Shown one piece after another: positions 30,436 through 41,102 of a stretch of 64,000 nucleotides of DNA. The notes beneath the pieces were generated by a model. The model saw only the letters and a list, made by a program, of their open reading frames with translations. It made no database searches and was not told the origin of the DNA. The stretch comes from Arenicellales bacterium. Its GTDB lineage: Bacteria; Pseudomonadota; Gammaproteobacteria; Arenicellales; UBA868. The stretch is from positions 1,734 to 65,733 of the forward strand of contig JASLLH010000001.1 in NCBI GenBank assembly GCA_030747115.1, read 5' to 3'. How positions within the stretch are numbered: the first letter of the stretch is position 1; every line of letters begins with the position of its first letter. A program made the position numbers and the translations under genes.

Positions 30436-31667
30436 CAGTTCGCCCCCTGATTCCGGCCGAGAAGTGAGATCAGCGGCTGGATGTTATTGGTGTGATCGAA
30501 TTCCTGGGTCACCCGCTGCCGCGCGGCATTGCTCCACGCTTCCCTTAGGGCAGGATTGATCCCCGCCCGATAGATTGCGTCAGAGAGTGCCTTGGGATCA
30601 GCGGGGGGAACCAGAAGGCCGTGGACCTCTGCAGTGATGAACTCGGCAATGCCCGGCAGGTCCGTCGTCACTATTGCAAGGCGCTGGCTTGCGGCTTCCA
30701 TCAGTACATTAGGCAGGCCGTCGCGGTCACCACCCGGTGCGATACGGCTGGGCAATACAAAAAGATCGCTCTCACGGTAAAGAGACAATACCGCCTCCTG
30801 GGGAAGCGGGCCAAGCCATGAGATCCTCTCATCCAGGCCCAGGCCGGTAGCCGCTTTTTTAAGCGGGGAAAGCGCGTTTCCACCACCCACGTGCTGCCAT
30901 TGCCAGTGAAACTCACCGGGCAGTGCTGCAAGTGCTTGAAGCAGAACGTCAAAGCCTTTTTTCGGCACGGCCCGGCCCACACTCAGGATGTTGAGGCACT
31001 GCCGGGCAGTGCTGCCGTCAGAGACGCTCCCTTGGGCGCCCGGATCTGTAAAACGTGCAGTATCAAGGCCGTGATACAGACGTGTGAGACTTGCCCCGGG
31101 CGGAGCAAGTTCGCCAAGGTGGGTAAAGCCCGCGTCGGTGCAGGTGACCGCCCACGCACAGTCCGCGAGTTTCTCGCGTTTCTCCCAGGCCGGGGTGGTC
31201 CAGATATCTTTTGCATGCGCAGAAAAAGACCAGGGCACCCCGTTCAGCAGGGCCGCATAGCGGGCGACCGAGGCCGGCGTGTGCATGAAGTGCGCGTATA
31301 ACAGCGACGTGGCTGCGGGCATTTCGGCCGCGAGCACCAGTGCCTGGCCGAAGCGCCTTATCCGATTGGCCGAGCGATCCCGTTGCAGGTCCTTGAACCA
31401 CATGGAGCGGGCTTTTTTGTAGCCCGGGCGTTTCCTGCTCGTGAGCCAGCCCTTTAGCACCCGCAGAGGCTCGCGGTAAAGGTATTCCGGCAGGTAGAGG
31501 ACCGGCGCCTTGATCTCCCCGTGGATGGGATGCGTCGCCGGATCGGTTGGGTGGCGCAGGGAAACCAGTTGAAGATCCACACCGGCGCGCTCGAGACTGC
31601 GTATCTCCTGCGCAATAAAGGTCTCCGACAGTCGTGGATAGCCTTTGAGTACAACTGCAACAGGCAT
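30435..31667 (-). CDS. Glycosyltransferase family 4 (WcaL-like)
   Basis: 410 aa, with MPVAVVLKGYPRLSETFIAQEI and GLPNVLMEAASQRLAIVTT. Its stop overlaps the downstream gene start (TGATG on the minus strand). Confidence 0.8.
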   Translation of the reverse strand: MPVAVVLKGYPRLSETFIAQEIRSLERAGVDLQLVSLRHPTDPATHPIHGEIKAPVLYLPEYLYREPLRVLKGWLTSRKRPGYKKARSMWFKDLQRDRSANRIRRFGQALVLAAEMPAATSLLYAHFMHTPASVARYAALLNGVPWSFSAHAKDIWTTPAWEKREKLADCAWAVTCTDAGFTHLGELAPPGASLTRLYHGLDTARFTDPGAQGSVSDGSTARQCLNILSVGRAVPKKGFDVLLQALAALPGEFHWQWQHVGGGNALSPLKKAATGLGLDERISWLGPLPQEAVLSLYRESDLFVLPSRIAPGGDRDGLPNVLMEAASQRLAIVTTDLPGIAEFITAEVHGLLVPPADPKALSDAIYRAGINPALREAWSNAARQRVTQEFDHTNNIQPLISLLGRNQGAN

Positions 31668-31760
31668 AGTTTAGAGTCCGGGTGATTCCGAACCGGCGAG
31701 CAGGTTCGATAAGAAGCAAGGGTATGCTATAAGAGGCGGATTGTCAGCGCAAACCAGACT

Positions 31761-34448
31761 ATGACCGATCCCAAAAAAGAGAAATCATCGGCGGGAAGTG
31801 ATGATGGTGATTCAGATTATCCCCAGATAGACAAGTCGATCTATCGTTATGTGCTTCGGCACACCTTGCGCGGTCAGTTGTTCCTCCTTTTATTGACGGC
31901 GGTGACGATGCCGCTCGTTTATATCTCGCTGGATATTCCCAAAAGAATCATCAACCAGGCGATTGACGGCAAAGACCTGCCGGAAGTGTTGCTGGGTTTT
32001 GAGGTAACCCAGATCAGTTTCCTGATGCTTCTGTCGGTGGCATTCCTCGTGGCCGTGGTCGCCACCGGGGGGCTCAAGTACTACCTCAATGTCTACAAAG
32101 GTGTGCTCGGTGAGCGGATGCTGCGCCGGTTCCGCTTTGACCTGTATGCCCGTATCCTGCGTTTTCCGTCCTCCAAGATCCGCAGAACCCCGCCGGCCGA
32201 GATCATCCCCATGATCACAGCCGAAACCGAACCGCTTGGCGGCCTGATTGGTGACGCGATCGCGGCCCCTGCTTTTCAGGGCGCGTTACTGCTGACCTAC
32301 CTGTCGTTTATTTTTCAGCAGGATGTCTGGTTGGGCCTGGCTTCAATAGCGCTTTACCCGCCACAGATGTACCTGATCCCGAAACTGCAGGCGAAGGTGA
32401 ATGCCCTTTCCAAACAGCGGGTCAAGACCGTGAGGGTCCTGGCGACGCACATCGGTGAAACCGTGCAGGGTGCACCCGATATTCACGCCAATGACAGTGG
32501 ACGCTTCGAACGGGCAAGAACCTCGGGACACCTGGGGCGGATTTTTGATATCCGCGAGGAGATTTACCGCAGGAAGTTTTTCATCAAGTTTTTGAACAAC
32601 TTCCTGGCGCAGGTAACACCGTTCTTTTTCTTCTCGATTGGTGGCTACCTGGTGATCAAGGGAGAGATTTCTCTGGGCGCCCTGGTTGCGGTGCTGGCGG
32701 CATACAAGGACATCGGCCCTCCCTGGAAGGAGCTGTTGAAGTTTTACCAGGTGTTCGAGGATACCCGGGTCAAATATCTTCAGGTTGCCGAACAGTTCGA
32801 GCCCGAGAATATGATCAGGAAGTCTCTGCTGGAAGCGCCGGACAAAGTCGAACCACTGTCAGGCGAGCTGAAAGCACAGAACCTGAGTTACGGAGAAGAA
32901 GGGGGCGCCAATACCGTCAGCAGTGTCGGCTTCTCGATTCCGCTCGATTCCCATGTAGCCGTTGTCGGGGCTGCCGGATCAGGCAAGAGCGATGTTTCTG
33001 CGCTTGCGGCCCGGCTGATCTGGCCGACCGCGGGCAATATCCAGATGGGGAGTCTCAACTGGGCGGATGCTGCGGAGGCGGTCACCGGAAGACGCGTCGG
33101 CTGGGTCGGTTCCACCCCTTACATATTCAGCGGAACGATCGCCTACAACCTGTATTACGGCCTGTTCAATGCCCCGAAGGACGCCCATGCCGAGGGCGAT
33201 ACCGTGGCTGGGCGGCGGGTCAGGGAAGCCACGGCCTCGGGAAACAGCCCGGATGATTCCGGGGCAGACTGGCTGGATCTCACAGCAGGGGGTTTTCGTG
33301 ATGGTGAGGACCTTCGCCAGCGAGCGAGACAGGTTCTTCAGGTCGCAAACCTTGAAGACGATGTTTACCGGATGGGTCTTGCTACCCGGATTGCCGATAC
33401 CGAGGTCGATGCCGATACCGAGAGGAAGATCCTCGAGGCGCGCCGGCAGTTTCAGGAAAAGGGTCTTGACGTAACCACTTTCGATCCTGACAAGTACAAC
33501 GTCAATATCTCGGTTGCCCAGAACATTCTGTTCGGCTATCCGCTGGATCCCGGTTTTGCACCCGAGCAACTGCCTTCGCATGCACTGGTGACGGATCTTC
33601 TGCGCCAGGCCGGGTTGTTTGATGATTTTCTGGCGCTTGGCGTTAGAGTGGCACAGGCGATGACAGAGGTTTTCGAAGGGATCAGCCCCGACAGTGACCT
33701 GTTCGAGCGTTTCAGCCTGATCAGTGGAGATGATCTGCCGGTGCTTGAGGAAATCCTCCGACGCCTGTCGGCGATTGATGACCAATCGCCGAAACAGTTG
33801 CCCGAGGCCGACCAGGAAGCACTGCGTTCTTTCGTATACCGCCTGGTGCCGGCGCAGCATCGTCTGGGCATTGTTGATGAACCCCTCCAGGCGCAATTGC
33901 TCGAGGTGCGTAAACTGCTGCGCGAGACATTGGGACAGGAAAACACGTCGGTCGACTTCCTGAATCCTGTGGCGTTGAACCCCGGGCTCGACATCGAGTC
34001 CAACGTGCTGTTCGGCTCGCTGCCTTTCGGAAAACCGGCACTGCGCAGCAAGATCCGGAACAGCATTGATGAGGTCATCGCCGCGGTCGGGTTACGCTCC
34101 CTGGTCGTCGAACTGGGCCTGAATGCAGATGTCGGTACATCCGGCGGGAAACTCAGCAGCATGCAGCGCCAGAAATTGGGATTTGCCAGGGCCTTGATGA
34201 AAAACCCGGATCTTCTGGTGGTCGACGAAGCGCTTGCGCCTTTCGACTTCAACGTACGCGGCGACCTGATTAAGAGTATTCGAGAACATATGCACGGCCG
34301 GGGAATTTTCTGGGCACTGGAAAGCGCCGGTTCGGTGGAACACTTTGAAGATGTGATCGTGATGGAGTCGGGCAAGATTCTTGAGCAGGGCAAGACCGAC
34401 GAAATGGCGGCCCGGAACGGACCACTTAAGACGCTGCTGGCGACCTGA
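31761..34448 (+). CDS. Atypical ABC exporter (N-terminal type-1 TMD fused to an expanded, partly degenerate NBD)
   Basis: 895 aa with six predicted TM helices in the first 330 or so aa. Walker A is GAAGSGKSD (about 32967-32993) and the signature-like segment is SGGKLSSMQRQKLGFARAL (about 34135-34190). Walker B is LLVVDEALAPFD. About 390 aa lie between Walker A and the signature, against roughly 100 in canonical NBDs. Confidence 0.75.
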   Translation: MTDPKKEKSSAGSDDGDSDYPQIDKSIYRYVLRHTLRGQLFLLLLTAVTMPLVYISLDIPKRIINQAIDGKDLPEVLLGFEVTQISFLMLLSVAFLVAVVATGGLKYYLNVYKGVLGERMLRRFRFDLYARILRFPSSKIRRTPPAEIIPMITAETEPLGGLIGDAIAAPAFQGALLLTYLSFIFQQDVWLGLASIALYPPQMYLIPKLQAKVNALSKQRVKTVRVLATHIGETVQGAPDIHANDSGRFERARTSGHLGRIFDIREEIYRRKFFIKFLNNFLAQVTPFFFFSIGGYLVIKGEISLGALVAVLAAYKDIGPPWKELLKFYQVFEDTRVKYLQVAEQFEPENMIRKSLLEAPDKVEPLSGELKAQNLSYGEEGGANTVSSVGFSIPLDSHVAVVGAAGSGKSDVSALAARLIWPTAGNIQMGSLNWADAAEAVTGRRVGWVGSTPYIFSGTIAYNLYYGLFNAPKDAHAEGDTVAGRRVREATASGNSPDDSGADWLDLTAGGFRDGEDLRQRARQVLQVANLEDDVYRMGLATRIADTEVDADTERKILEARRQFQEKGLDVTTFDPDKYNVNISVAQNILFGYPLDPGFAPEQLPSHALVTDLLRQAGLFDDFLALGVRVAQAMTEVFEGISPDSDLFERFSLISGDDLPVLEEILRRLSAIDDQSPKQLPEADQEALRSFVYRLVPAQHRLGIVDEPLQAQLLEVRKLLRETLGQENTSVDFLNPVALNPGLDIESNVLFGSLPFGKPALRSKIRNSIDEVIAAVGLRSLVVELGLNADVGTSGGKLSSMQRQKLGFARALMKNPDLLVVDEALAPFDFNVRGDLIKSIREHMHGRGIFWALESAGSVEHFEDVIVMESGKILEQGKTDEMAARNGPLKTLLAT

Positions 34449-34487
34449 TTCCAAGGGGTGGAGCCCTGCCGGCAGCGGATAACAAAG

Positions 34488-35366
34488 ATGGAAAGACCTT
34501 CGATTTATGTTTTTGAGCCATCCGGCCCGCCGGAAGACAATGTTCTCAACCTGAATCTCGAGGCACTTCGCGATGCAGGGTTTGAGGTCGACCACACGCC
34601 TTTGCATGAAGATACGCTCGCACGGCTGGCGCTCGATGGTGCTGATCTGCGTATCAGGCAGATTCAGTCAGCGCTCGGCAGCGCTCACCGCTATCTCCTG
34701 AGCGCCCGCGGCGGTTACGGCGCAAGCGAACTTCTGAGCCGGCTCGACTGGAAGGCGCTTGCGCAAAGTCCGCCGAAAATGCTGATCGGTTTTTCCGACC
34801 TAAGCGCTTTGCAAAGCGCATTTTTCACCCGCCTGGGGTGGCCGGCGCTGCATGCCCCGATGCCCGGGTCACCGCTGTGGCAGGGGGGCCCGGATATTGA
34901 CGAGTTGACCCGCCTGCTGAAGTCGGATGAGCCCTGGGAGGGTGAAATCGGGGTCGAGCCCGTCGGAAAAACAGCTGACATTGAGTGCCGGGGGGTCCTG
35001 TTCGGGGGATGCCTGAGTGTGCTGAGCAATCTGGTGGGCACGCCTAACCTCCCCTCGGATTTATCCGCGCATGTACTCTTCTTCGAAGATACCGGCGAGA
35101 GTGCACCCCGTCTTCTGCGCTGCTGGCGCCAGTGGCTGGACAGCGGCCTGCTGGCGGGCGTCAGCGCGGTCGTTTTCGGCCGCTTCACAGACATGGGATC
35201 ACCAGCGGATTCAGAGGCCTGGACCTTAAGTGAGCTGGCGGCCCGGACGCCATGCCCGGTGTTTTCATCCCGGGACTTCGGGCATGTGGCGCCCAACCTG
35301 CCTCTTGCAGTCGGTGCCAGGGCCGAGATCAAAGGCAATCGGCTGCGCTGGCGCCTTTCGGGCTGA
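34488..35366 (+). CDS. ldcA: LD-carboxypeptidase (muramoyltetrapeptide carboxypeptidase, peptidase S66)
   Basis: IGFSDLSALQ holds the nucleophile Ser context, followed by FEDTGE and FGH. I prefer the ATG at 34488 (MERPSIYVFEPSG). Confidence 0.8.
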   Translation: MERPSIYVFEPSGPPEDNVLNLNLEALRDAGFEVDHTPLHEDTLARLALDGADLRIRQIQSALGSAHRYLLSARGGYGASELLSRLDWKALAQSPPKMLIGFSDLSALQSAFFTRLGWPALHAPMPGSPLWQGGPDIDELTRLLKSDEPWEGEIGVEPVGKTADIECRGVLFGGCLSVLSNLVGTPNLPSDLSAHVLFFEDTGESAPRLLRCWRQWLDSGLLAGVSAVVFGRFTDMGSPADSEAWTLSELAARTPCPVFSSRDFGHVAPNLPLAVGARAEIKGNRLRWRLSG

Positions 35367-35500
35367 GGCCCCGACCCCCGGTAGACCCCCGAGCAGCGGC
35401 GCCGTGCCTTGTGCTGTGGATGAGCGCAAAGTACCATCCGGATGTATTCCGTAACGTCGACACTCTGACGTCCTGAGGGTCCAAAACCAGGAGTTTCCAG

Positions 35501-36376
35501 ATGTTCACAGGCAGTATGGTGGCCATGGTCACCCCAATGCACGATGATGGCAGCGTCGACTGGGCCGCACTTGAGCGGCTGGTAGAACACCATATTGCAG
35601 AAGGTACCGATGCCATTGTTTCGGTGGGCACCACCGGCGAGTCGGCGACGCTCGACCACGATGAGCATGGAGAGGTTATCGCACGCACGGTAAAGGCGGC
35701 GGCGGGGCGGATTCCGGTTATCGGCGGTACCGGAGCCAATTCGACCTCGGAGGCGATTTCGCTGACGCGAAATGCGGCCGCTGCCGGTGTCGATGCCTGT
35801 CTTCTGGTGGTGCCGTACTACAACAAGCCACCGCAGGAGGGGCTGTATCAGCATTTCAAGGCAATTGCCGAGGCGGCTGCTGTGCCGCAGATTCTCTATA
35901 ACGTACCCGGCCGGACCGGGGTCGATATGCAGAACGATACAACGCTGCGCCTTGCCGAGATTGAAAACATCGTTGCCATCAAGGATGCGACCAACGACCT
36001 CGACCGGGGACAAGACCTGATTGACCGGGTGCCGGAGGGTTTTCTGATCTACTCCGGAGAAGATGGCACGGCCTGTGAGCTGATGCTGGCAGGCGGCAAG
36101 GGAACAATCTCCGTGACCGCCAACGCCGCACCGAACCTGATGCATCGCATGTGCCAGGCTGCCATCTCGGGCGACCCCGACACGGCACGGCAACTGAACG
36201 GCCAGCTCGCGGACCTGCACAAAGCCATGTTTGTCGAATCCAATCCGATCCCCGCGAAATGGGCGGTGGGTCAGCAGGGTCTGATCGGCGCGGGAATCCG
36301 TCTGCCGCTGGTGCCGTTGTCGGCCCAGCATCACGACGAGGTCCGCTCTGCCATGAACAATGCCGGAGTGCTGTAA
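35501..36376 (+). CDS. dapA: 4-hydroxy-tetrahydrodipicolinate synthase
   Basis: 291 aa, with MFTGSMVAMVTPM, GTTGESATL, VVPYYNKP and IVAIKDAT, which holds the Schiff-base Lys context. Confidence 0.92.
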   Translation: MFTGSMVAMVTPMHDDGSVDWAALERLVEHHIAEGTDAIVSVGTTGESATLDHDEHGEVIARTVKAAAGRIPVIGGTGANSTSEAISLTRNAAAAGVDACLLVVPYYNKPPQEGLYQHFKAIAEAAAVPQILYNVPGRTGVDMQNDTTLRLAEIENIVAIKDATNDLDRGQDLIDRVPEGFLIYSGEDGTACELMLAGGKGTISVTANAAPNLMHRMCQAAISGDPDTARQLNGQLADLHKAMFVESNPIPAKWAVGQQGLIGAGIRLPLVPLSAQHHDEVRSAMNNAGVL

Positions 36377-36407
36377 GAGTTTTATTTTCAAACGGGATCG
36401 ATGAGAT

Positions 36408-37136
36408 ATGAAAAAGGGTGCAGAGCTCTATTCGGGCAAAGCCAAATCTGTTTTTCTGACCGATGAAGACGCAAGGCTCATCATGGAGTTTCGTGACGAT
36501 ACCTCGGCCTTTGATGGCGAGAAGGTCGATCAGCTGGACCGCAAGGGTATGGTCAACAACCGCTTTAATGCCTTCATCATGGAGTATCTCGAGGCGCAGG
36601 GTGTTGCCACCCACTTTGATGCGCTGCTGAGCGACAACGAATCCCAGGTAAAGCAGCTCGATATGATTCCGGTCGAGTGCGTGGTGCGTAACATTGCAAC
36701 CGGCTCGCTGTGCCGCCGTCTGGGAGTAGAAGACGGGCTGGATCTCGTGCCGCCGACCTTCGAGTTTTTCTTAAAGAACGACGAACTGCATGATCCGATG
36801 ATCAACGACTACCATATTGCCTCTTTCGGCTGGGCCGGCCCCGAAGAAGTGGAGTCGATGAAAGTGCAGACCTTCCGGGTTAACGAAATCCTCAGCAAAC
36901 TCTTTGCCGATGGCGGCATGATTCTTGTCGACTTCAAACTCGAATTCGGCCGCTTTGGAGACCAGCTGCTGCTGGGTGATGAATTTACCCCGGACGGCTG
37001 CCGCCTCTGGGATACCAATACCCGCAAGAAACTCGACAAGGATCGATTCCGCCAGGGTCTCGGCGGGGTGGTAGAGGCCTACGAGGAGGTTGCCCTGCGG
37101 CTCGGCGTCGACCTTGAGGCGCCGATTGCGGCCTGA
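36408..37136 (+). CDS. purC: Phosphoribosylaminoimidazole-succinocarboxamide synthase
   Basis: 242 aa, with [26 protein letters not shown] and DGCRLWD. Confidence 0.92.
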   Translation: MKKGAELYSGKAKSVFLTDEDARLIMEFRDDTSAFDGEKVDQLDRKGMVNNRFNAFIMEYLEAQGVATHFDALLSDNESQVKQLDMIPVECVVRNIATGSLCRRLGVEDGLDLVPPTFEFFLKNDELHDPMINDYHIASFGWAGPEEVESMKVQTFRVNEILSKLFADGGMILVDFKLEFGRFGDQLLLGDEFTPDGCRLWDTNTRKKLDKDRFRQGLGGVVEAYEEVALRLGVDLEAPIAA

Positions 37137-37157
37137 TCAACCGCTCGGGATCGCGCC

Positions 37158-40100
37158 GTGCTGATGCTGGGCGGCGGGCCCGCCCTCACACCCTTTAACG
37201 TCGAAAAACTCTCGGCCCGCGCAAAGGGGCGCGGTCTTGCGCTGGGTGCGTGTTCTGCACACTACTTTTTTCTGGTCGGCAGTTCGCTGCGGTTAAGTGC
37301 TGCCGAGCAGGATGTTCTCGAGAACCTCCTGGACGCCTCTTCGGAAAGCGCCCGGGCACTGATTCTTGAGGGCAGCCCGATACGGGTGATTCCCCGCTTC
37401 GGAACCCGGTCCCCCTGGTCAACCAAAGCGACCGATATCGCCCGCCACTGCGGCCTTGAGTCCATCGAAAGAATCGAGCGCGGCATCGCCTGGCATATCG
37501 ACGGTCCGGCAAACGCAGCGGCAACCCGCGAAGACCTCGCGGCATTGCTTCATGATCCGATGACCGAGTCAGTGGTTGACGATCCACAGTTGCTCGAGCA
37601 GGTATTTACATCCGCACCGCCCGCACCGCTCGAGTACGTCGACGTGATCCACGGCGGCCTTGGCGCACTCGAAGCCGCTAATGAAAAGGAAGGATTTGCG
37701 TTAAGTCAGCAGGAGTGCGAGTACCTCGCGGATGCATTCCTCAAGATGGGCCGCAACCCCACGGATGCGGAGCTGATGATGTTTGCGCAGGTTAATTCAG
37801 AGCACTGCCGGCACAAGATTTTCAACGCGCAGTGGACCCTTGATGATGTGACCCAGGATGCCTCGCTTTTCCAGATGGTGCGCACGACGCACCAGCGGCA
37901 CGGCGAGAAGACATTGAGTGCATACAGCGACAACGCCGCGGTGCTGCGCGGGTACCCGGCTTCGTGGTTTTTACCGGTTTCGATCGCCGGCGAATACGGC
38001 CAGATCGCAGAACCGCTGCATCTGGTGGCCAAGGTCGAGACCCATAACCACCCGACGGCAATCTCGCCGTTTCCAGGTGCGGCAACCGGTTCGGGAGGCG
38101 AGATCCGGGACGAGGGGGCTACCGGCCGGGGCGGTAAACCCAAAGTGGGTGTCACCGGCTTTTCGGTATCGGATTTGCGACTGCCGGACGCTCCCATGCC
38201 CTGGGAGCTGCCGCTTCAGAGCCCGTCACGGATCGCCTCGCCGCTGCAGATCATGCTCGAGGGGCCTATCGGGGCCGCCTCATTCAATAACGAGTTCGGC
38301 AGGCCGAATGTTTCCGGATATTTCCGCACCCTTGAGGTCGCTGCAGACGGGGGTGACGTTACCCGGCGCTACGGATACCACAAGCCCATCATGATTGCCG
38401 GTGGCCTTGGCAATATCCGCGAGTGTCACGTCCAAAAAGAAACGATTCCGCCCGGCGCACAGCTTGTTGCCCTGGGTGGCCCGGCGATGCTGATTGGGCT
38501 CGGGGGCGGGGCAGCCTCCAGTGTTGGCTCGGGCAAAAGCGACGAGGCGCTGGATTTTGCCTCGGTGCAGCGGGGCAATGCGGAAATGCAGCGGCGCTGC
38601 CAGGAGGTGATCGACCGCTGTATCGCCCTGGGCCCGCAAAACCCGATCATCTCCATCCATGATGTCGGGGCGGGTGGTCTCTCCAACGCGCTGCCGGAAC
38701 TCGTTCACGATGCCGGGCTCGGCGCCTGTTTTGACACCAGTGCAATCCCGTCGGATGAGCCTGGGCTGTCGCCGATGCAGTTGTGGTGCAATGAAGCGCA
38801 GGAGCGCTATGTTCTGGCCGTCGCGCCCGGGAAACTCGAATCATTCAAAGCGCTTTGTGAGCGCGAGCGCTGTCTTTTCAGCATCGTGGGTGAAGCAGAT
38901 GCTGAAGAGGTGCTGCGCCTCACGAGTCCCGAAATCTCCGAAGCGCAAAGTGGTGCGGTATTAGCGGCTGAATCCCCGGTGGACCTGCCCATGGCACTGC
39001 TCTTTGGCAATACCCCGAGGATGCACCGCAAGGCCGTCAGCAGGACCTGCATCTATCCCGATCTCGATCTTGATGGCGTCGCGATCAGCGATGCCCTGGA
39101 GCGCGTGCTACGGCTGCCGGCAGTGGCTGACAAAACCTTCCTCGTCACCATCGGCGACCGGAGCGTTGGAGGCCAGGTCGTTCGGGACCAGATGGTCGGC
39201 CCCTGGCAGGTGCCGGTAGCAGATGCCGGTATCACCACCGCGGGTTTTGACAGCCAGACGGGCGAGGCGATCTCGATAGGTGAGCGTACTCCGCTGGCGC
39301 TGGTCAACGCGCCGGCCAGCGGGCGGATGGCCGTGGCTGAGGCCATCACCAACATTGCCTGCGCCGGCATCAGCGAACTTTCAGATGTGCACCTTTGTGC
39401 CAACTGGATGGCAGCCGCGGGAGAGGCAGGGCAGGACGCCGAGCTCTTCCACACCGTAGAGGCCGTCACGCTGGAGCTGTGCCCGGCACTCGGCATCTCG
39501 ATTCCGGTGGGTAAAGATTCCATGTCTATGTCCAGCCGCTGGACCCAAAGCGCGGGCAACTTCAGTGTTTCGTCCCCGGTATCGCTGATCGTCACCGCGT
39601 TTGCACCGGTAGCGGACGTGTGCCGTTCAGTAACGCCGGTGCTTGATACCTCAGAAGATTCGGTGCTTTTGCTGATTGACCTTGCGCGCGGCAAAAACCG
39701 CCTTGGCGGTTCGGCATTGGCCCAGGTATTCGGGCAGGTCGGTAACGAAGTCCCTGATCTCGATCACCCGGAGGATCTTTGTGCGTTTTTCGCCGCGACC
39801 CGGGAACTGCTGGCGCATGATCTCGCACTCGCCTATCACGACCGGTCAGACGGCGGGCTTGTCGTCACCCTTGCGGAGATGGCTTTTGCCAGCCGCTGTT
39901 CACTCGAAATCGATATCGGCGGTATCGATGATCCCCTGGCGTTTCTTTTCTCCGAAGAACCCGGGGCAGTGATTCAGGTGAGCAAAAGCGAGATGGGCCG
40001 GGTTCAAACCATATTCGACAAGGCGCGTATCGGCGCCTCGGTCCGTCCGATTGGATCGGTCGTGAACGGCGGAGATTCCATTGGTATTGCCGGCAACGAC

Positions 40101-41075
40101 AGCGTTCTGCTCCAGACCAGCCGGACCGGTCTTCACGAGATCTGGTCGGAACTGACGTCGCGGATGCAGGGGCTTCGTGACAACCCTGAATGTGCAGCCG
40201 AGGAGTACGACCGCCTTAAGGACCTTTCAGATCCGGGCCTCAGTGCGACTCTGACATTTGATCCTGCGAACAATCCTGCAACCCGGGCCATCCTCGGCGG
40301 AAGCCGGCCACGGGTCGCCATCCTGCGCGAGCAGGGCGTCAACGGCCATATGGAGATGGCGGCGGCTTTCGACCGGGCGGGATTTGCTGCGGTGGATGTC
40401 ACGATGTCTGATCTTAAAGAAGGGCGCCATCACCTAAAGGGTTTTCAGGGTCTTGCAGCCTGTGGCGGTTTTTCCTTTGGCGATGTGCTGGGCGCAGGGC
40501 AGGGTTGGGCCAAGTCGATTCTCTTTGAGCCCCAAATGCGTGAGCGGTTTGAACAGTTCTTCGCCCGTGAGGAGATTTTTGCGCTGGGAGTCTGCAACGG
40601 CTGTCAGATGATGGCGGCGCTCAAGGAATTGATCCCCGGTGCGCAGCACTGGCCGCAGTTTGTGGCCAATGAGTCGGGCCAGTTTGAGTCAAGGGTCATC
40701 ATGGTCGAGGTACTGCCAAGCGATTCGGTGCTCTTTGCAGATATGACCGGCACCCGGATTCCGGTCGTGGTGGCACACGGCGAGGGCCGCGCGCAGTTCG
40801 CCCAAGATGCCCTGACGACGCTTCGCGCCAGGAATCAGTTAAGCCTCCGGTTTGTCGATAACCACGGCAGGACTACCGAGCGCTATCCGTTTAATCCCAA
40901 TGGATCAGCAGACGCCGTGACGGGACTCTCGGCAGCCGATGGCCGGGTGACCATCATGATGCCGCACCCCGAGCGCAATTTCCGTACGGTCACCAACTCC
41001 TGGCACCCGGGGGACTGGGGTGAGCACGGACCCTGGCTCAGGATATTTCAGAACGCAAGGGCGTTTGTCGGCTGA
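37158..41075 (+). CDS. purL: Phosphoribosylformylglycinamidine synthase (large single-chain form)
   Basis: 1305 aa, with [12 protein letters not shown] and [26 protein letters not shown]. The C-terminal glutaminase domain shows GVCNGCQMM and HPER. Confidence 0.92.
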   Translation: MLMLGGGPALTPFNVEKLSARAKGRGLALGACSAHYFFLVGSSLRLSAAEQDVLENLLDASSESARALILEGSPIRVIPRFGTRSPWSTKATDIARHCGLESIERIERGIAWHIDGPANAAATREDLAALLHDPMTESVVDDPQLLEQVFTSAPPAPLEYVDVIHGGLGALEAANEKEGFALSQQECEYLADAFLKMGRNPTDAELMMFAQVNSEHCRHKIFNAQWTLDDVTQDASLFQMVRTTHQRHGEKTLSAYSDNAAVLRGYPASWFLPVSIAGEYGQIAEPLHLVAKVETHNHPTAISPFPGAATGSGGEIRDEGATGRGGKPKVGVTGFSVSDLRLPDAPMPWELPLQSPSRIASPLQIMLEGPIGAASFNNEFGRPNVSGYFRTLEVAADGGDVTRRYGYHKPIMIAGGLGNIRECHVQKETIPPGAQLVALGGPAMLIGLGGGAASSVGSGKSDEALDFASVQRGNAEMQRRCQEVIDRCIALGPQNPIISIHDVGAGGLSNALPELVHDAGLGACFDTSAIPSDEPGLSPMQLWCNEAQERYVLAVAPGKLESFKALCERERCLFSIVGEADAEEVLRLTSPEISEAQSGAVLAAESPVDLPMALLFGNTPRMHRKAVSRTCIYPDLDLDGVAISDALERVLRLPAVADKTFLVTIGDRSVGGQVVRDQMVGPWQVPVADAGITTAGFDSQTGEAISIGERTPLALVNAPASGRMAVAEAITNIACAGISELSDVHLCANWMAAAGEAGQDAELFHTVEAVTLELCPALGISIPVGKDSMSMSSRWTQSAGNFSVSSPVSLIVTAFAPVADVCRSVTPVLDTSEDSVLLLIDLARGKNRLGGSALAQVFGQVGNEVPDLDHPEDLCAFFAATRELLAHDLALAYHDRSDGGLVVTLAEMAFASRCSLEIDIGGIDDPLAFLFSEEPGAVIQVSKSEMGRVQTIFDKARIGASVRPIGSVVNGGDSIGIAGNDSVLLQTSRTGLHEIWSELTSRMQGLRDNPECAAEEYDRLKDLSDPGLSATLTFDPANNPATRAILGGSRPRVAILREQGVNGHMEMAAAFDRAGFAAVDVTMSDLKEGRHHLKGFQGLAACGGFSFGDVLGAGQGWAKSILFEPQMRERFEQFFAREEIFALGVCNGCQMMAALKELIPGAQHWPQFVANESGQFESRVIMVEVLPSDSVLFADMTGTRIPVVVAHGEGRAQFAQDALTTLRARNQLSLRFVDNHGRTTERYPFNPNGSADAVTGLSAADGRVTIMMPHPERNFRTVTNSWHPGDWGEHGPWLRIFQNARAFVG

Positions 41076-41102
41076 TACCCTTTACGTATTCGGGATCCAA
41101 AA

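Noticed and set aside
26038-34393. Antisense ORFs 26038-26889, 27812-28291, 31063-31719, 32979-33896 and 33536-34393
   Set aside because: They overlap the glycosyltransferase and ABC exporter genes on the opposite strand. They carry no domain signatures. They are high-GC shadow ORFs.
34715-36391. 558-aa minus-strand ORF
   Set aside because: It is antisense to ldcA and dapA, both of which have clear motifs. The composition is low-complexity and Arg-rich. It is a shadow ORF.
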